DNA of 64,000 nt, taken from Bacteroidota bacterium. Lineage in GTDB: Bacteria > Bacteroidota > Bacteroidia > Bacteroidales > VadinHA17. Of this stretch, positions 20,529-29,470 are shown one piece after another. A model generated the notes under the pieces. It did not search any database. It had not been told where the DNA came from and saw only the letters and a program-made list of their open reading frames with translations. Within the stretch, counting starts at the first letter, position 1. Each line of letters starts with the position of its first letter. Location of the stretch: assembly GCA_029547705.1 (NCBI GenBank), contig JAKPOU010000023.1, positions 5,408 through 69,407 on the forward strand. Reading direction: 5' to 3'. A program made the translations under genes and the position numbers.

Positions 20529-20954
20529 ATGAACAGATCAAACAGTTACGATAATATAGAGCATGAGGGAACAGTTCAGAGATCGGACAGCAACCTTGTA
20601 ATAGTCAGTATATCATCTGAAGCGGCATGCTCGGCCTGCCATGCAAAAGGTGCATGCAGCCTGTCGGGGGCAAAGGAAAAACTGATTGAGATTCCGGGCC
20701 GGTATGATCTGGTGCCGGGTGACAACGTTACGGTTGTTATGCACAGATCAGCAGGATTCAGGGCGGTATTGTTCGCCTATGTCCTTCCCTTCATTTTACT
20801 GATCCCGGCCCTCCTGACACTCAGTTCACTCGGAATATCGGAACCTGCGGCAGCACTGGGTTCTGTCGCCGTGGTCAGCATCTATTACCTTGTTCTGTTT
20901 TTCTTCCGTGACAGAATAGCAAACAATTTCACGTTTTCAATAAAAACTCCTTAA
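20529..20954 (+). CDS. RseC/SoxR-reducing-system family protein
   Basis: Cys-rich N-terminal domain (SSEAACSACHAKGACS) followed by two TM helices. It sits immediately upstream of rnfB, as in other Bacteroidota. Confidence 0.75.
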   Translation: MNRSNSYDNIEHEGTVQRSDSNLVIVSISSEAACSACHAKGACSLSGAKEKLIEIPGRYDLVPGDNVTVVMHRSAGFRAVLFAYVLPFILLIPALLTLSSLGISEPAAALGSVAVVSIYYLVLFFFRDRIANNFTFSIKTP

Positions 20955-21829
20955 TGAGTCACATAATTATAATAACAATCTTAAGTCTGGGTGTGCTCGC
21001 ACTGCTTGCAGCAATAATCCTTTACTTCATTGCACAGAAATTCAAGGTGTATGAAGATCCGCGCATAGATGAGATACAGGCTATTCTGCCCGGTGCCAAC
21101 TGCGGGGGATGCGGTTTTGCCGGCTGCCGGGCCTTTGCCGAAGCACTCGTAAGGGCAGAATCCTTTGACGGCCTTAACTGCCCCCCGGGAGGAGCTGACG
21201 TTATGGCTGAAGCTGCCAGACTGCTGGGAAAGGAAGCTCCCGAAGTGGATCCTCTTGTTGCAGTTCTGAAATGCAACGGCAGACCCGAATACCGGCCGCT
21301 TACCTCATTCTATGACGGAGTGCCTGATTGCCGTATTGCCCACAGTCTGTACCTGGGCGAAACGGACTGCAGTTATGGCTGCCTTGGAAAAGGCGACTGT
21401 GTAAGGGCCTGCCCATTCGATGCCATGTATATGAACAGCGAAACAGGCCTGCCTGAGATAATTGATGATAAATGTGTCGCTTGTGGCAACTGCGTGAAAG
21501 CCTGCCCGAGAAACCTCATTGAACTGAGGAAGAAAGCCAGGAAGGACCGTAAAATCTATGTTGCATGTTCCAACTGCGACAGGGGCGGTCCGGCACGCAG
21601 GGCATGCAGGGTAGCCTGTATTGCCTGTATGAAATGTGTAAAGGTCTGCAAATTCGATGCAATAACCGTAGAGAATTATCTTGCCTACATAGATTCATTT
21701 AAATGCACTCTCTGCAGGAAATGTGTTGCCGAGTGTCCGACCGGTTCCATACTTGAATTCAATTTCCCCCCAAGGAAACCGGCCGCTGAGGTCACCAGTC
21801 AAACCATAAAAGTAAATCCGGAAGTATAA
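20954..21829 (+). CDS. rnfB: Rnf electron-transport complex subunit B (polyferredoxin)
   Basis: N-terminal TM anchor, a CGGCGFAGC motif, and several CxxCxxCxxxCP motifs. It is the first gene of the rnfBCDGEA order. Confidence 0.9.
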   Translation: MSHIIIITILSLGVLALLAAIILYFIAQKFKVYEDPRIDEIQAILPGANCGGCGFAGCRAFAEALVRAESFDGLNCPPGGADVMAEAARLLGKEAPEVDPLVAVLKCNGRPEYRPLTSFYDGVPDCRIAHSLYLGETDCSYGCLGKGDCVRACPFDAMYMNSETGLPEIIDDKCVACGNCVKACPRNLIELRKKARKDRKIYVACSNCDRGGPARRACRVACIACMKCVKVCKFDAITVENYLAYIDSFKCTLCRKCVAECPTGSILEFNFPPRKPAAEVTSQTIKVNPEV

Positions 21830-21867
21830 CATAATAATGCAGTATAACATAATAATTAAGAGCAAAC

Positions 21868-23199
21868 TTGAAAACGTTTCCACTGGGTGGTGTTCACCCG
21901 CCCGAAAATAAGCTGACAGCCGGAATACCGATCAGATATCTGCCAATTCCTCCTTCCGTAGCAATACCCGTTACACAGCATATTGGCTCTCCCTCAGAAA
22001 TCCTCGTAAAAAAAGGCGACATGGTTAAAACCGGACAGATAATTGCCGCCAGCAAAGGATTTGTTTCAGCCAATATCCATTCATCGGTAACAGGAGTTGT
22101 AAATAAAACAGACAGCGTGATTGATGCATCGGGATTCAGGCAGACTGCCGTATTTATTGATACCACGGAGGATGAGTGGCTTGAAACTATTGACAGGAGC
22201 AGTGAAATAATCACTGAAATAAAATATTCACCCGAAGAGATTATTGACAAGTGTCTTGAATCAGGAATTGTCGGGCTTGGCGGAGCAACCTTCCCTTCAC
22301 ATGTTAAGCTCAGCATTCCCCGGGGTAAAAGATGTGATGTTCTGATAATCAACGGAGTTGAATGTGAGCCTTACCTTACCTCCGACCACAGGCTGATGCT
22401 GGAAAGAAGCGAGGAAATCCTTGTCGGAATAACTATTCTGATGAAGGCACTCAGGGTGACACAGGCCATGATTGGCATTGAAAACAACAAAAAGGATGCA
22501 ATAGCCCGTCTCACCGGGCTGTCCGGGAAATTTCCCGGCATCAGCATACACGGACTTAAGGTAAAATATCCCCAGGGGGCAGAAAAGCAGCTGATCAAAG
22601 CACTCATAAAGAGGGAAGTCCCCTCAGGCAGGCTGCCACTCGATGTAAATACGGTGGTTCATAATGTCGGAACTGCTTTTGCGGTGTACGAAGCTGTTCA
22701 GAAAAACAAGCCGCTGTTTGAAAGAGTGGTCACCATCACAGGCAAATCGCTTGCCAGTCCCGGAAATTACTTCGTCAGGACAGGAACTTCCGTAAGGTAT
22801 CTTATCGAAGCTGCAGGAGGTGTTCCTGAAAATACCGGGAAAATCATATCGGGAGGTCCCATGATGGGAAAAGCAGTGAGCAATGCGGATGTGCCCGTGG
22901 TAAAGGGAACATCGGGCATTGTGCTTATCCCGGAAGAAGAATCGTCAAGATCGGAGATGACTCCCTGCATACGTTGCGCAAAATGTGTCAGCGTTTGTCC
23001 TCTTAACCTTGAACCTTATCTCCTCATGACCCTTTCGGAAAAGGGAGAATTTGAAAGAGCCGTCGCGGAAGGAATAACTGACTGTATGGAATGCGGATCC
23101 TGCAGCTATTGCTGTCCGGCACACCGCCCCCTGCTTGACTATATCAGGCTTGGAAAGTCACTTGCAGCCAAAATGGCACGTAAACAAATGGTTAAATAA
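21868..23199 (+). CDS. rnfC: Rnf complex subunit C
   Basis: GGVHPPENK N-terminus and two C-terminal 4Fe-4S motifs (CIRCAKCVSVCP, CMECGSCSYCCP). The start is TTG. An in-frame TAA at 21853-21855 and the lack of any nearby ATG force a non-ATG start. Confidence 0.9.
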   Translation: MKTFPLGGVHPPENKLTAGIPIRYLPIPPSVAIPVTQHIGSPSEILVKKGDMVKTGQIIAASKGFVSANIHSSVTGVVNKTDSVIDASGFRQTAVFIDTTEDEWLETIDRSSEIITEIKYSPEEIIDKCLESGIVGLGGATFPSHVKLSIPRGKRCDVLIINGVECEPYLTSDHRLMLERSEEILVGITILMKALRVTQAMIGIENNKKDAIARLTGLSGKFPGISIHGLKVKYPQGAEKQLIKALIKREVPSGRLPLDVNTVVHNVGTAFAVYEAVQKNKPLFERVVTITGKSLASPGNYFVRTGTSVRYLIEAAGGVPENTGKIISGGPMMGKAVSNADVPVVKGTSGIVLIPEEESSRSEMTPCIRCAKCVSVCPLNLEPYLLMTLSEKGEFERAVAEGITDCMECGSCSYCCPAHRPLLDYIRLGKSLAAKMARKQMVK

Positions 23200-23218
23200 A
23201 GAAATATAATTATTGCAA

Positions 23219-24220
23219 ATGAGTAATCTGCTCAAAGTATCACTATCGCCTCATATTCACGGAAAGGAAACAACCCGGAAGCTGATGCATGGTGTGATAA
23301 TTGCCCTTATGCCGGCTTTTCTCGCATCAGTCTTCTTCTTCGGCTATGGTGCAATTATCGTTACAACAGTATCAGTGGCATCCTGTGTCCTTTTCGAGTA
23401 TCTGATCGTCAGGTTCGTTTTCAAAAAGACTCTTACAATAAATGATGGCTCTGCTTTCTTAACCGGACTGCTTCTTGCCTTCAATCTTCCGTCAAATATT
23501 CCCGTACTGATAATTGTCATCGGAAGCTTTGTTTCAATAGCAGTGGCAAAGATGACTTTCGGCGGCCTGGGCAACAATCCTTTCAATCCGGCTCTGGTGG
23601 GCCGTGTATTCATGCTGATATCATTTCCCGTACAGATGACCAGCTGGCCTGTTCCTGCAGGATTTCAGACAGGATACTCCGATGCGGTAACAGGTGCAAC
23701 ACCGCTGGCGATAATCAAGGAAGGGATAAAGAACGGGGAGCCGGTTTCACAGCTTATGTCACAGATACCTCCGCCCTCACAGATGTTCCTTGGAGATATC
23801 GGTGGGTCAATGGGTGAAGTGTCCGCCTTTTTCCTCATACTGGGATTTATCTGGCTGCTGTATAAAAAGATTATAACCTGGCATATACCACTGTCCATTA
23901 TACTGACAATAATTGTTTTCACCGGAACATTCTGGCTTATCAATCCGGAGAAATATGCTGATCCGCTGTTCCATATTCTCGCGGGAGGTGTTCTCCTCGG
24001 GGCTATATACATGGCAACCGACTATGTTACCTCACCCATGAATCCCAAAGCCATGCTCATCTATGGCTGCGGGATAGGCGTGCTTACCTCGGTGATCAGA
24101 ATATGGGGGGCCTATCCCGAAGGAGTTTCATTTGCAATTCTGATAATGAATGCATTTGTGCCTCTTATGAACAGATATATCAAACCAAAACGATTCGGGG
24201 AGGAGATTAAAAATGGCTAA
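23219..24220 (+). CDS. rnfD: Rnf complex subunit D
   Basis: Polytopic membrane protein with the NqrB/RnfD motif (MATDYVTSP, the FMN attachment region). I use the ATG at 23219 rather than the TTG at 23213 in the ORF track. Confidence 0.9.
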   Translation: MSNLLKVSLSPHIHGKETTRKLMHGVIIALMPAFLASVFFFGYGAIIVTTVSVASCVLFEYLIVRFVFKKTLTINDGSAFLTGLLLAFNLPSNIPVLIIVIGSFVSIAVAKMTFGGLGNNPFNPALVGRVFMLISFPVQMTSWPVPAGFQTGYSDAVTGATPLAIIKEGIKNGEPVSQLMSQIPPPSQMFLGDIGGSMGEVSAFFLILGFIWLLYKKIITWHIPLSIILTIIVFTGTFWLINPEKYADPLFHILAGGVLLGAIYMATDYVTSPMNPKAMLIYGCGIGVLTSVIRIWGAYPEGVSFAILIMNAFVPLMNRYIKPKRFGEEIKNG

Positions 24221-24788
24221 ATCGGAATCCACACTGAAAAACATGATGCTGGCACTTACTCTTATTGCCACGGTAAGTGCCGCAGGACTGGGATTTGTGT
24301 ATGAACTCACGAAGGAACCCATTGCCCTTTCGGTCCTTAACAAGAAGCTGAATGCCATCAGGGAGGTTGTTCCGGAATTCACCAACAACCCGGATGATGA
24401 AATGTTCAGGCTGGCCACAGGTGAAGGGGACAGCCTTGAGGTATATCCGGCAAAAAACAACGGGGAAATTGTGGGCTATGCTGTCAATACCTATACCAAT
24501 AACGGATTCAGCGGTTATTTTTCGGTGATGGCAGGATTCAGACCCGACGGGTCAATAAGCGGCATATCAGTGCTTGAGCATAAAGAGACTCCCGGACTGG
24601 GAACCAAGATGGCAGAACCCGGTTTCAGGAATCAGTTCACCGGCAGAAATCCGGGGGAGTCAATTCTGAAAGTAAGAAAGGACGGCGGTGAAATTGATGC
24701 CATCACTGCCGCGACAATAAGTTCAAGGGCATTCTGCGAAGCTGTTCAGCGTGCATATAACACATTGGAGAAAGGAGGATTAAAATGA
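24213..24788 (+). CDS. rnfG: Rnf complex subunit G
   Basis: N-terminal TM and an FMN-binding domain ([12 protein letters not shown]...[14 protein letters not shown]). Overlaps rnfD by 8 nt. Confidence 0.9.
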   Translation: MAKSESTLKNMMLALTLIATVSAAGLGFVYELTKEPIALSVLNKKLNAIREVVPEFTNNPDDEMFRLATGEGDSLEVYPAKNNGEIVGYAVNTYTNNGFSGYFSVMAGFRPDGSISGISVLEHKETPGLGTKMAEPGFRNQFTGRNPGESILKVRKDGGEIDAITAATISSRAFCEAVQRAYNTLEKGGLK

Positions 24789-25372
24789 GTCAGCTACAAA
24801 ATTTCACCAAGGGTTTTATCAGGGAAAATCCATTGCTGGTCCTGGTGCTAGGTACATGCCCTGCCCTGGCAACCACCACTTCATCACTCAATGGCATGGG
24901 AATGGGCATAGCCACAACCTTTGTGCTGATCTGTTCAAATGTGGTAATATCCCTGCTGTCGGACCTGATACCCGACAAGGTGAGGATACCGGCATTCATT
25001 GTCATCATAGCCTCTTTTGTGACCATTGTCGACCTCATCATGCAGGCCTTTGTTCCGGATCTCTACCAGGCCCTCGGAATATTCATACCTCTCATAGTTG
25101 TCAACTGCATCGTCCTGGGAAGGGCTGAAGCATTTGCCAGCAAGAACAAAACACTTACCTCCCTTATTGATGGTGCCGGAATGGGTCTCGGCTTTACCAT
25201 GGCCCTGGGATTGCTCGGAGCCATGAGGGAAATACTGGGCGAGGGAGCTATTTTCGGTTATAAATTCATAAAAAGTGACGGAATACTTGTTTTCATTCTT
25301 GCACCCGGTGCATTCATCGCCCTCGGATATGTGATTGCACTCGTTAACAAAATCAGGAAAACCTCAAAATAA
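24785..25372 (+). CDS. rnfE: Rnf complex subunit E
   Basis: NqrD/RnfE-type membrane protein ([17 protein letters not shown]...[18 protein letters not shown]). ATGA overlap with rnfG. Confidence 0.9.
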   Translation: MSQLQNFTKGFIRENPLLVLVLGTCPALATTTSSLNGMGMGIATTFVLICSNVVISLLSDLIPDKVRIPAFIVIIASFVTIVDLIMQAFVPDLYQALGIFIPLIVVNCIVLGRAEAFASKNKTLTSLIDGAGMGLGFTMALGLLGAMREILGEGAIFGYKFIKSDGILVFILAPGAFIALGYVIALVNKIRKTSK

Positions 25373-25377
25373 GAGCC

Positions 25378-25953
25378 ATGGAGTATATCTTAATTATCAT
25401 ATCCGCCATATTCATCAACAACATCGTTCTTGCCCAGTTCCTCGGTGTATGCCCTTTCCTGGGCGTTTCCAGCAAGGTCAATACGGCGGTGGGAATGACA
25501 GGTGCCGTTACATTCGTGATGGTTCTGGCAACCATGTCCACCTATCTCATTCAGACCTATGTTCTCGAAAAACTGGGCATAGCCTTTATGCAGACAATCA
25601 CCTATATTCTTGTTATTGCCTTTCTTGTCCAGATAGTTGAAATAATCCTGAAGAAAATAAGCCAGCCGCTCTACCAGGCACTCGGAATATTCCTCCCCCT
25701 TATTACAACCAACTGTGCGGTTCTTGGCGTCGCCATCCTTGTCATCAAGAATAATTACAACCTTCTCGAATCGGTTGTTTACAGTGCAGCAACAGCAACA
25801 GGTTTCGGCCTGGCCCTGTTAATTCTTGCCGGAATAAGGGAGCAGCTCGACCTGGTGAATGTGCCGGAAGGAATGAAAGGAGTACCTGTTTCACTGGTTA
25901 CGGCAGGAATACTTGCACTTGCATTCATGGGCTTCACGGGAATAATTCGTTAA
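25378..25953 (+). CDS. rnfA: Rnf complex subunit A
   Basis: NqrE/RnfA-type membrane protein (NNIVLAQFLGVCPFLGVS...LPLITTNCAVLGVA). Confidence 0.9.
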   Translation: MEYILIIISAIFINNIVLAQFLGVCPFLGVSSKVNTAVGMTGAVTFVMVLATMSTYLIQTYVLEKLGIAFMQTITYILVIAFLVQIVEIILKKISQPLYQALGIFLPLITTNCAVLGVAILVIKNNYNLLESVVYSAATATGFGLALLILAGIREQLDLVNVPEGMKGVPVSLVTAGILALAFMGFTGIIR

Positions 25954-25993
25954 TTGTGTAAAATTGATAATGAGGGGAAATAACAGGAATTAA

Positions 25994-26554
25994 ATGAATT
26001 ATCCGGAATATTTCAAGATCCTTGGTTTGAGCACTGATGCCACAATTCCTGAAATAAAAAAAGCATACAGGCTCAAGGCCCGTATGTTCCACCCTGACCT
26101 CAACAATTCCCCCGATGCCAGGGAAAATTTTATTATGGTTACCGAAGCCTATGAATTTCTGATTGAAAATTTCGACAGGCTGAAGAATGACCATGCCTTT
26201 TCAGTTGCCCTTGAAGAATGGAAACGATCCATGCAGAATTTATCAAGACAGCGGGCAAGGGCATATGCACATGAATCATACAGGCAGTTCAGAAATTCCA
26301 GGCTTTACCGTACCACAAAGTTTTTCGACCTTACCAGGATCATCTTCGGACTGATTTTATCGGTAATGATACTCGTTTTTACAATCCTCGGATTTATTAC
26401 AAAACAAAAATCTCCGATACCCGAACAGGGAAACCCGGTTATAATCTTCATTATGCTCCTGTTTTTAGGTCTGGTGTTCCTGGTTGCCAGCCTGGTTTTT
26501 CTGAAGGTTTACCTTGAAGACACAGGAAAACACAAAAAAAAGCACAAGGGCTGA
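25994..26554 (+). CDS. J-domain (DnaJ-like) membrane protein
   Basis: The N-terminal J domain carries the HPD motif (YFKILGLSTDATIPEIKKAYRLKARMFHPDLN). Two predicted TM helices follow in the C-terminal half. No Zn-finger or C-terminal DnaJ domains. Confidence 0.75.
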   Translation: MNYPEYFKILGLSTDATIPEIKKAYRLKARMFHPDLNNSPDARENFIMVTEAYEFLIENFDRLKNDHAFSVALEEWKRSMQNLSRQRARAYAHESYRQFRNSRLYRTTKFFDLTRIIFGLILSVMILVFTILGFITKQKSPIPEQGNPVIIFIMLLFLGLVFLVASLVFLKVYLEDTGKHKKKHKG

Positions 26555-26685
26555 AAGACTGTAAACTCCGGATAATGTTTCCGCAGGAGAAAATAAATCA
26601 CCGGGAAAATAATCAGCAGCAGGCGGAATAGTATTACGGTGCCACGGGAATACTGAATAACATCATTGTCCTGTCAGGTCAACAG

Positions 26686-26790
26686 CCTTGCCGCAAATCA
26701 TAAACCTGCCGGAAACCATAAGCCTGCCGCAAACCACAAACCTGCCGCAAATCATAAACCTGCCGCAAATAATGAATCTGCCGGATTATC
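26686..26790. repeat. 18-bp direct tandem repeat, about 5.7 copies (consensus CCTGCCGCAAAYCAYAAA)
   Basis: Read directly: ccttgccgcaaatcataaa / cctgccggaaaccataag / cctgccgcaaaccacaaa / cctgccgcaaatcataaa / cctgccgcaaataatgaat / ctgccggattatc. The last partial unit overlaps the stop codon of the minus-strand DUF1987 gene. Confidence 0.9.
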
Positions 26791-27163
26791 AGCTTATCAT
26801 GAAAAAATTGAAGGGTATGTCAAGGACTGATGAAAAATACTCACCGCGTTCGAGGATGTCCTCATCGCCCTCCTCATAATACCAGTTGACCACGAATTTT
26901 TTGTTCTTGAGGGTCACACGCTTGATCTTTTCAAGAAGCTGTATAAAAACCCTTGCACTGGCACTGTTGAAATATTCAAGATTCATTTCCACACAGGTAA
27001 TATCAGCGGGTGTGTCGATATACTCATTCATCCATTTCTCGACAGAGGAATAAAACTCCCCGACATTTTCCTGAATGGAACGTCCCCTGATTTTTATCAG
27101 ACCATCCGGCGACAGAATTATTTCGGGCGAAGTTTTTGTAAGTGGAATTTTCAGCTCCTTCAT
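26789..27163 (-). CDS. DUF1987 (SiaC-like) domain protein
   Basis: 124 aa. KTSPEIILSPDGLIKIRGRSIQENVGEFY...LEYFNSASARVFIQLLEKI...VNWYYEEGDEDILE is the typical DUF1987 pattern. Confidence 0.75.
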   Translation of the reverse strand: MKELKIPLTKTSPEIILSPDGLIKIRGRSIQENVGEFYSSVEKWMNEYIDTPADITCVEMNLEYFNSASARVFIQLLEKIKRVTLKNKKFVVNWYYEEGDEDILERGEYFSSVLDIPFNFFMIS

Positions 27164-27212
27164 CTGTAATTAGTTATCCGGGATATTACCAGCCTGCTTT
27201 TAACGGCGATGC

Positions 27213-28244
27213 TTAAAACCTGTCAAATACCGGATCATCAAAATTATCCGGCGATATTTTCCGCCTGCCCTGCTCAATCTCATGTATCATATTTAGTATT
27301 GCCCTGTTTACCGGCACGTCCACTCCCGTCTTTTCCGCATTTCTTACAATATACCCGTTCAGAAAATCCACCTCTGTGGGCTTGCCTCTCTCAAAGGACT
27401 GAAGGCTTGATGACTTCAGTCTTCTGTATTTGAATCCGATGATTCTTATCAGCATGTGTCTGCGGAAATCAGCCAGGATACTGTTGCCGCTGATGAATTT
27501 CCTGAAATCGAGCCTCCCGCCAAAGACTTCAATTTTAATATTTATTTTATCAGCCAGGCTTACTGCTTCGCGGATTACTTCTATGAAAATATTCCTGATC
27601 TTTTTTATTGCAAGCATTTTACCAAGGTCAAGACCGCATATTACCCCTAGTGATGTTATGTTTGCATTTATTATCAGCTTTGAGTAAAGATGCCCCATTA
27701 TATTATCGCTTATCCTCACGGGAACTACCCTGGAAAGGATATCCGCAACAGTTTTCAGGTCATCATCCGCTTCTTTATCCGGGTAACCGAGAATAAAATC
27801 CCCGGTTGATGTCATTACCAGTCTGCCACGGGCTTCCATAGTTGCACCCCAGCCTGTCACACATCCTATTATTCTCTCCTGTCCCACTATCCCGGCGAGT
27901 ACATCCTCACATATTCCGTTCTGAAGTGAAACCAGGTAGCCGTTTTCACTGAGAACCGGGAGTACAGAGCGTGCAGCTTCAACCATATCGTTAACCTTGG
28001 TGGCATGAAGGATAAGATCCTTTTTCCCCTTAACCTCATCAACGGATGCATACGCAGGCACCGTAACAGTGAAGCTGCCCGAGATCCCGCTGATTTCCAT
28101 TCCCTGTTCACGTATCAGCGTGGCATAATCTTCATATTTGCTGATGATCTCAACATTGTAACCGTTTTTTTTCAGGAAGGCGGCAGTGATGCCTCCTATT
28201 GCTCCGGCACCAATAACCAGAATTGACAAATCTTTTCCAAGCAT
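27213..28244 (-). CDS. Ketopantoate reductase (ApbA/PanE) family oxidoreductase
   Basis: N-terminal Rossmann motif (ILVIGAGAIGG) and the C-terminal signature KSSSLQSFERGKPTEVDFLNGYIV. Confidence 0.8.
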   Translation of the reverse strand: MLGKDLSILVIGAGAIGGITAAFLKKNGYNVEIISKYEDYATLIREQGMEISGISGSFTVTVPAYASVDEVKGKKDLILHATKVNDMVEAARSVLPVLSENGYLVSLQNGICEDVLAGIVGQERIIGCVTGWGATMEARGRLVMTSTGDFILGYPDKEADDDLKTVADILSRVVPVRISDNIMGHLYSKLIINANITSLGVICGLDLGKMLAIKKIRNIFIEVIREAVSLADKINIKIEVFGGRLDFRKFISGNSILADFRRHMLIRIIGFKYRRLKSSSLQSFERGKPTEVDFLNGYIVRNAEKTGVDVPVNRAILNMIHEIEQGRRKISPDNFDDPVFDRF

Positions 28245-28262
28245 ATTATTTACAATAATTGT

Positions 28263-29276
28263 TCAAAGCCTTGCCTGCGGGGCAATGTCCTGGCCAGCAA
28301 ATTCCTTTCCAAGATACTTATAATAACCGGTAATCCCAATCATTGCAGCATTATCAGTTGTAAGACCGGGATCGGGAATAAAAAGCTTCCAGCCCCTTTC
28401 ACGGGCTGCCTCCCTTGCCCTGTTTCTGAGTCCCGAATTGGCCGATACCCCGCCGGCTATCCCGATCTCTCTTATCCCCGTGGCCTTTGAGGCTGCAATA
28501 AGTTTTTCAATCAGGATGTCTGCAATCACTGCCTGAAGTGATGCGCAGAGGTCTGCCTTATTCCGGGCAATAAAATCAGGATCCTCCTTCAGTCTGTCGC
28601 GGAGGAAATACAGGAAACTTGTTTTAAGTCCGCTGAAACTGAAATTCAGGTCCGGAACTGAAGGTTTGGAAAATTTAAAGGCGTTTTTATTGCCCTGTGA
28701 GGCCAGCCTGTCTATTTCCGGTCCTGCCGGATAGGGCAGGCCCATCAGTTTGCCACACTTGTCAAATGCCTCACCTGCAGCATCATCTATTGTACTGCCC
28801 AGGGTTTCCATTTCAAGATGGCTCTTTAGGAGCATGATTCCGGTATGACCCCCGGAAACCAGCAGACATAAAAAAGGGAATCCGGGTGCAGGTCTGTTTT
28901 CTTCCTTTCTTTTTATAAAATGAACCAGTACATGAGCCTGCAGATGATTGACTTCAATAAGAGGAATATTACGGGCCAGAGCAAATCCCTTTGCAAAGGA
29001 GGCTCCGACCAGCAGGGAGCCCAGAAGGCCCGGCCCCCGTGTAAAGGCAAGGGCGCTTATTTCACTGATGTCTGTCCCGGCCCTTTTAAGCGCCTGGTCA
29101 ACAACAGGCACAATATTGGCCTGGTGTGCCCTCGATGCCAGTTCAGGAACAACCCCGCCGTATGAGCGGTGAACCTCCTGCCCCGCTATCAGGTTCGAAA
29201 GCACATAGCCGTCCCTTACAACAGCAGCCGATGTGTCGTCACATGATGATTCTATGGCCAGTATCGTAACTCCCAT
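28263..29276 (-). CDS. tsaD: tRNA N6-adenosine threonylcarbamoyltransferase TsaD
   Basis: ILAIESSCDDTSAAV, the metal site VNHLQAHV, and LLVSGGHT. Confidence 0.92.
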   Translation of the reverse strand: MGVTILAIESSCDDTSAAVVRDGYVLSNLIAGQEVHRSYGGVVPELASRAHQANIVPVVDQALKRAGTDISEISALAFTRGPGLLGSLLVGASFAKGFALARNIPLIEVNHLQAHVLVHFIKRKEENRPAPGFPFLCLLVSGGHTGIMLLKSHLEMETLGSTIDDAAGEAFDKCGKLMGLPYPAGPEIDRLASQGNKNAFKFSKPSVPDLNFSFSGLKTSFLYFLRDRLKEDPDFIARNKADLCASLQAVIADILIEKLIAASKATGIREIGIAGGVSANSGLRNRAREAARERGWKLFIPDPGLTTDNAAMIGITGYYKYLGKEFAGQDIAPQARL

Positions 29277-29470
29277 TTCTGCAGGGCTAAAAAAAGGATG
29301 ATTCGCCTTTTATGATCCTAATATATAAATTATTTCTTATCGGCAATCCTTCCGCGGATTACTGCACAATCTTTGCTGTACAATATTATGAATGATATAT
29401 TTTATTGCGCTCTTTCAGTATCTTTATGCACTGAAAGTGCTGAGTTTTTGGAAAGGACAGGATAAAACAC

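Noticed and set aside
26686-26790. Possible CRISPR array
   Set aside because: The repeats are directly adjacent with no spacers and the unit is only 18 bp. There are no cas genes in the window.
26688-26879. 63-aa ORF with an LPQIIN-like hexapeptide repeat
   Set aside because: It is simply the translation of the 18-bp tandem repeat. It starts at a TTG and its 3' half runs antisense through the well-supported DUF1987 gene.
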